Source of the DNA: Gemmatimonadota bacterium
GTDB lineage: Bacteria > Latescibacterota > UBA2968 > UBA8231
NCBI GenBank assembly: GCA_038128265.1
Contig: JAYPJE010000070.1
Span: 1-18,754 of the forward strand
Reading direction: 5' to 3'
Length of the DNA: 18,754 bases
Shown: positions 8,476 to 18,754 of the stretch, one piece after another
Layout: each line of letters opens with the position of its first letter
Position numbering within the stretch: position 1 is the stretch's first letter
Notes under the pieces: model-generated
The model's input: only the letters and a program-made list of their open reading frames with translations
Told to the model about the DNA's origin: nothing
Database searches by the model: none
Program-made: the position numbers and the translations under genes

Positions 8476-9666
8476 TTACTCGACGATCTCGGTGACCACG
8501 CCCGAACCAATCGTGCGACCGCCTTCGCGAATGGCGAAGCGCAGGTTCGACTCGACGGCGATGGGCTGAATCAGATCGACTTCCATGGTGACGTTATCGC
8601 CCGGCATGACCATTTCGGTGCCTTCCGGCAGCGTGATCGAACCGGTAACGTCGGTGGTGCGGAAGAAAAACTGCGGGCGATAGCCGGAGAAAAACGGCTT
8701 TTCGCGACCGCCTTCTTTGCTGGTCAGCACGTAGACCTCAGCCTTGAACTTGGTGTGCGGCGTGATCGAACCGGGCTTACAGACAACCATACCGCGCAGC
8801 AGTTCTTCCTTTTCAACACCGCGCATGAGCAGACCGACGTTGTCGCCAGCCTGTCCCTCGTCGAGCAGCTTGCGGAACATTTCGACACCGGTAATGGTGG
8901 TCTTGCGCGTCTCGCGGATACCGACCAATTCGACTTCTTCGCCGACCTTAACGATGCCGCGCTCAACGCGCCCCGTGCCCACCGTACCACGACCCGAGAT
9001 GCTGAAAACGTCTTCAATCGGCATGAGGAAGGGCTGATCGACCGGACGCTCAGGCAGCGGAATCCACTCGTCGACAGCGCCCATCAACTCGTCGATAGCC
9101 CCCGCGCCCGTCGGTCCGTCATTGCCCTCGACAGCAGCCAGGGCCGAACCGCGGATCACCGGCGTATCGTCGCCTTCGAAACCATATTCGTTGAGCAGGT
9201 CGCGCGTCTCCAGCTCGACCAAGTCGAGCAGTTCCTCGTCGTCGACCTGATCGACCTTGTTGAGGAAGACGCAAATGCGCGGCACGTTGACCTGGCGGGC
9301 GAGCAGAATGTGCTCGCGCGTCTGGATCATCGGACCGTCGGCGGCGCTAACCACCAGAATGGCACCATCCATCTGCGCCGCTCCAGTGATCATGTTCTTA
9401 ATGTAGTCGGCGTGTCCAGGGCAGTCGACGTGAGCGTAGTGGCGATTCTCCGTCTCGTACTCCTGGTGCGAAACGTTGATTGTTACACCACGCGCCTTTT
9501 CTTCCGGGGCATTGTCGATTTCATCGATGCCCTTGGCCTGTGCCAACCCCTTGCTGGCCAAGTGCAACGTAATGGCCGCCGTAAGGGTGGTCTTGCCGTG
9601 GTCGACGTGACCGATCGTTCCAATGTTTACGTGAGGCTTATTGCGCTCGAATTGTTCCTTGGCCAT
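8476..9666 (-). CDS. tuf: Elongation factor Tu
   Basis: GHVDHGKT P-loop, [25 protein letters not shown]; 396 aa, directly after fusA. Confidence 0.99.
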   Translation of the reverse strand: MAKEQFERNKPHVNIGTIGHVDHGKTTLTAAITLHLASKGLAQAKGIDEIDNAPEEKARGVTINVSHQEYETENRHYAHVDCPGHADYIKNMITGAAQMDGAILVVSAADGPMIQTREHILLARQVNVPRICVFLNKVDQVDDEELLDLVELETRDLLNEYGFEGDDTPVIRGSALAAVEGNDGPTGAGAIDELMGAVDEWIPLPERPVDQPFLMPIEDVFSISGRGTVGTGRVERGIVKVGEEVELVGIRETRKTTITGVEMFRKLLDEGQAGDNVGLLMRGVEKEELLRGMVVCKPGSITPHTKFKAEVYVLTSKEGGREKPFFSGYRPQFFFRTTDVTGSITLPEGTEMVMPGDNVTMEVDLIQPIAVESNLRFAIREGGRTIGSGVVTEIVE

Positions 9667-9668
9667 TT

Positions 9669-9685
9669 TCTCCGATCCTCTCCTT
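9669..9685 (-). promoter_or_regulatory. Strong Shine-Dalgarno region of tuf
   Basis: The minus strand reads AAGGAGAGGATCGGAGAAA-ATG, giving two purine-rich SD-like blocks upstream of the tuf start. Confidence 0.7.
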
Positions 9686-9709
9686 GTGCGTTAATAGCTC
9701 AGCGCTGTA

Positions 9710-11797
<2,088 letters not shown>

Positions 11798-11814
11798 TTC
11801 CCCTTGTTGCCTCT

Positions 11815-12285
11815 TTAAAATCTGTAGTGCGCAAAAGCCTTATTGGCTTCTGCCATGCGGTGGACATCGTCGCGCTGACGCACGGCGCCTCCCTCTCCCT
11901 TGGAAGCTGCAATAAACTCGTTGGCCAGACGCTCGGCCATCGTGCGCTCCGAGCGTTCGCGAGCGAAGCGAATCAACCAGCGAATCGACCGGGCCGTGCG
12001 CTCGTCGGGGCGCACCTCGACGGGAACCTGATAGGTCTGACCGCCCACGCGACGCGATTTGACCATAACGATGGGCTTGGTATTCTCCAGCGCCTTCTGA
12101 AACACGTCTATGGCATCCTGGCCGGCGCGCTCTTCAACCAAGTCGATGGCGTGATAGAAAATCCGCTCGGCGACGCTGCGCTTGCCCTGCTTCATCAGCG
12201 AATTAATAAAACGAGCTGCCAGAACGTTATTGTACTTGGGATCCGGCAGTAACTTGCGCTTAATTGCTTTTTTGCGACGCGACAT
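11815..12285 (-). CDS. rpsG: 30S ribosomal protein uS7
   Basis: [45 protein letters not shown] motifs. Confidence 0.98.
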   Translation of the reverse strand: MSRRKKAIKRKLLPDPKYNNVLAARFINSLMKQGKRSVAERIFYHAIDLVEERAGQDAIDVFQKALENTKPIVMVKSRRVGGQTYQVPVEVRPDERTARSIRWLIRFARERSERTMAERLANEFIAASKGEGGAVRQRDDVHRMAEANKAFAHYRF

Positions 12286-12297
12286 AATTCCCTCTTA

Positions 12298-12675
12298 TCA
12301 GGCCTTGTCCGGCTTGCGAGCGCCGTATTTGGAACGCCCCTGTTTGCGATCGGCTACGCCCGTGGCATCGAGAACCCCGCGCACGATGTGATAGCGGACA
12401 CCCGGACAGTCCTTGACTCGGCCGCCGCGCACCAAAACGATGGAGTGCTCCTGCAGCGTGTGTCCTTCGCCGGGAACGTAGGCCGTAACCTCAATGCCCG
12501 TAGTGAGGCGAACGCGCGCCATTTTGCGCAGAGCGGAATTGGGCTTCTTCGGCGTCGTCGTAAAAACACGCGTGCAAACGCCACGGCGCTGAGGGCAGCT
12601 TTCCAGCGCCGGCGCGTCGTTCTTTTTCAGCGTTTTGCTGCGGCCCTTTCGGACCAGCTGGCTAATTGTAGGCAA
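12298..12675 (-). CDS. rpsL: 30S ribosomal protein uS12
   Basis: [52 protein letters not shown] motifs; TTG start with a GGAGA SD at 12685-12689. Confidence 0.99.
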   Translation of the reverse strand: MPTISQLVRKGRSKTLKKNDAPALESCPQRRGVCTRVFTTTPKKPNSALRKMARVRLTTGIEVTAYVPGEGHTLQEHSIVLVRGGRVKDCPGVRYHIVRGVLDATGVADRKQGRSKYGARKPDKA

Positions 12676-12717
12676 GGACTATTTTCTCCGTTTATTGCGC
12701 ATAAATAGCAAACTCAT

Positions 12718-12746
12718 AAGTTAAATCTCTGCTATATAACTGTCAA
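12718..12746 (-). promoter_or_regulatory. Sigma70/SigA-type promoter for rpsL and downstream genes
   Basis: The minus strand reads TTGACA (12746-12741), a 17-nt spacer, then TAACTT (12723-12718). It sits in the AT-rich 75-bp rpoC-rpsL spacer, about 40 nt upstream of the rpsL start. Confidence 0.8.
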
Positions 12747-12750
12747 TAGT

Positions 12751-16857
<4,107 letters not shown>

Positions 16858-16898
16858 ATGAGCCCCCTTTGCGTATAGACCTTGCGGATCCGCTTCGA

Positions 16899-18754
16899 TT
16901 AATACGTTTCAATGAGTCTGCTATCTTCCAATATTACGTCGAGGCAAAGGCTCTGTAGCTCCTTCACCAACACGTTAAACGATTCGGGAATGCCCGGCTC
17001 GGGAGGATTGTCTCCCTTGACGATCGCTTCGTAGATCTTCGAACGCCCAGCCACGTCGTCGGACTTAACCGTCAGCATTTCCTGCAGCGTATAGGCCGCG
17101 CCGTATGCCTCCAACGCCCATACTTCCATCTCGCCAAAGCGCTGACCACCAAACTGCGCCTTACCGCCCAACGGCTGCTGAGTAACCAGCGAGTAAGGAC
17201 CGATCGAGCGCGCGTGAATCTTGTCGGCGACGAGGTGGGATAGCTTGAGCATGTAGATGTAGCCAACCGTAACGCGCTTGTCGAGCTTGTCGCCGGTTCG
17301 GCCGTCGTAGAGCACCTGCTTACCGTCTTCCGGCAAGTTGGCATCGCGCAGCAGGCCTTTGACTTCGCCGAGTGCCGCCCCGTCAAAAACGGGCGTCGCT
17401 ACGTGCATGCCCAGCGCGCTGGCGGCCATCCCCAGGTGCGTCTCGAAGATCTGCCCCAGGTTCATGCGCGATGGCACACCCAGCGGATTGAGCACGATGT
17501 CGACGGGAAAGCCATCTTCGCTAAACGGCATGTCCTCTTCGGGTGCGATGTGGGCAACGACACCCTTATTGCCGTGGCGGCCGGCCATCTTATCGCCGAC
17601 CGACAGCTTGCGCTTCTTGGCGACGTAGACCTTGACTAACTGAGCAATGCCCGGCGGCAGTTCGTCGCCGCGCGTAAGGCGTTCGACGTCGCGCTCTTTT
17701 TGCTCGTCGACCAGCTGCAGCTGCTCGCTCGCATAGCGCAACAGTTGATCGATGCGCACGTCCACATCATCATCGCCCGTCCAACCCTCTTCCGGTGAAA
17801 CCGCGGTGATATCGATGCGCTCGAGCAGGCGTTCGCTCATCTGCGTGCCTTCCCGAACCACGACGCTCTCGTCTTCGGTCGAACGCAGGCGACCTAGCTT
17901 GCGCTCGCCAACAATCTCAAGGAGCATCTGGTCGCGCTCGCTGGCCAAACGCTCCTTTTTCGCTTCGGCCTCCGCCTCAATCTCGGCGATGGCATTTTTC
18001 TCTTTGCGCCGTGAAGACTCACTGCGCTCCTTGCGCGAAAACACCTTGCGGTCAATGACCACGCCCTCCATACCGGGAGGTGCCTTTAGCGAAGCGTCTC
18101 GCACATCGCCTGCTTTCTCGCCAAAAATGGCGCGCAGCAGGCGCTCTTCCGGCGACAGTTCGCTCTCGCCTTTGGGCGTAACTTTGCCGACCAGAATATC
18201 GCCCGGCCCCACTTCGGCTCCAACGCGAATAATTCCCTGATCGTCGAGGTTGCGCACGGCGGTTTCGCTCACGTTGGGTATTTCACGCGTGATTTCTTCC
18301 TGCCCGCGCTTGGTGTCGCGCACCTGCAGCTCGAACTCTTCAATATGAATCGAAGTGAAGACATCGCGCTTGAGCAGACGCTCGCTAATGACAATAGCAT
18401 CCTCGAAGTTGTAGCCGTTCCACGGCATGAAAGCCACGCGCACGTTCATTCCGAGCGCTAAATCGCCGCGTTCCGTAGCGGCACCATCGGCGAGCGCATA
18501 GCCCTTCTCGACCTTGTCTCCCACCTTGACCAGCGGACGCTGGTTTATACAGCAATCCTGGTTTGAGCGCGAAAACTTCGTGAGCTTGTACTCGTCGGTA
18601 TCGGCCATATCCAGCGGCGTCAGCGGCGTGCTGTGCTTCTTGTCACGGCGCACGACAATGCGATCGGCGCTGACGTTTACGACTTCGCCCGGATTGCGTG
18701 CAATGATAACCGCACCAGAATCGCGCGCGACCTTGCTCTCCATGCCGGTACCGA
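16899..18754 (-). CDS. rpoB: DNA-directed RNA polymerase beta subunit, C-terminal part (5' end outside window)
   Basis: [98 protein letters not shown] motifs. The frame is open to the window edge. Confidence 0.99.
   Translation of the reverse strand, partial: GTGMESKVARDSGAVIIARNPGEVVNVSADRIVVRRDKKHSTPLTPLDMADTDEYKLTKFSRSNQDCCINQRPLVKVGDKVEKGYALADGAATERGDLALGMNVRVAFMPWNGYNFEDAIVISERLLKRDVFTSIHIEEFELQVRDTKRGQEEITREIPNVSETAVRNLDDQGIIRVGAEVGPGDILVGKVTPKGESELSPEERLLRAIFGEKAGDVRDASLKAPPGMEGVVIDRKVFSRKERSESSRRKEKNAIAEIEAEAEAKKERLASERDQMLLEIVGERKLGRLRSTEDESVVVREGTQMSERLLERIDITAVSPEEGWTGDDDVDVRIDQLLRYASEQLQLVDEQKERDVERLTRGDELPPGIAQLVKVYVAKKRKLSVGDKMAGRHGNKGVVAHIAPEEDMPFSEDGFPVDIVLNPLGVPSRMNLGQIFETHLGMAASALGMHVATPVFDGAALGEVKGLLRDANLPEDGKQVLYDGRTGDKLDKRVTVGYIYMLKLSHLVADKIHARSIGPYSLVTQQPLGGKAQFGGQRFGEMEVWALEAYGAAYTLQEMLTVKSDDVAGRSKIYEAIVKGDNPPEPGIPESFNVLVKELQSLCLDVILEDSRLIETY

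Noticed and set aside
7516..8495. Possibility that rplC is hidden, inverted or frameshifted around the rpsJ-rplD junction
   Set aside because: The plus-strand ORFs 7516-8226 and 8244-8495 have no uL3 motifs, and the intact rpsJ and rplD frames account for all but 5 nt of the region.
12676..12750. No L7Ae-like (ybxF) gene between rpoC and rpsL
   Set aside because: That gene is lineage-restricted, mainly to Firmicutes and a few others, so its absence is normal.
16884..16893. Perfect 10-bp palindrome GCGGATCCGC in the rpoB-rpoC spacer
   Set aside because: It would form only a 3-bp stem with no U-tract, too weak to call a terminator or operator, and could arise by chance.
17670..18040. Charged, low-conservation stretch in RpoB between FSR and GDELPPG
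   Set aside because: It corresponds to the known lineage-variable beta insertion (SI2/beta-i9 position). It shows no intein or splicing motifs.

Overview
Bacterial core-genome window, GC-rich, with every gene on the minus strand. In transcription order it holds the 3' part of rpoB, rpoC, the str cluster (rpsL-rpsG-fusA-tuf), the S10 cluster (rpsJ-rplD-rplW-rplB-rpsS-rplV-rpsC-rplP-rpmC-rpsQ), the spc cluster (rplN-rplX-rplE-rpsN-rpsH-rplF-rplR-rpsE-rpmD-rplO) and the first 15 codons of secY. The main anomaly is that rplC (uL3), an essential gene normally between rpsJ and rplD, is absent: only 5 nt separate the rpsJ stop from the rplD start. A near-consensus sigma70 promoter lies just after the rpoC stop and upstream of rpsL. 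Several proteins (uL15, uS5, uS3, uS12, EF-Tu, RpoC) have substitutions or small indels in motifs that are usually highly conserved. An RpoC insert suggests an FCB-group lineage (inference). I found no mobile elements, CRISPR arrays or RNA genes. Consensus motifs quoted are from recall, not from computed alignments.
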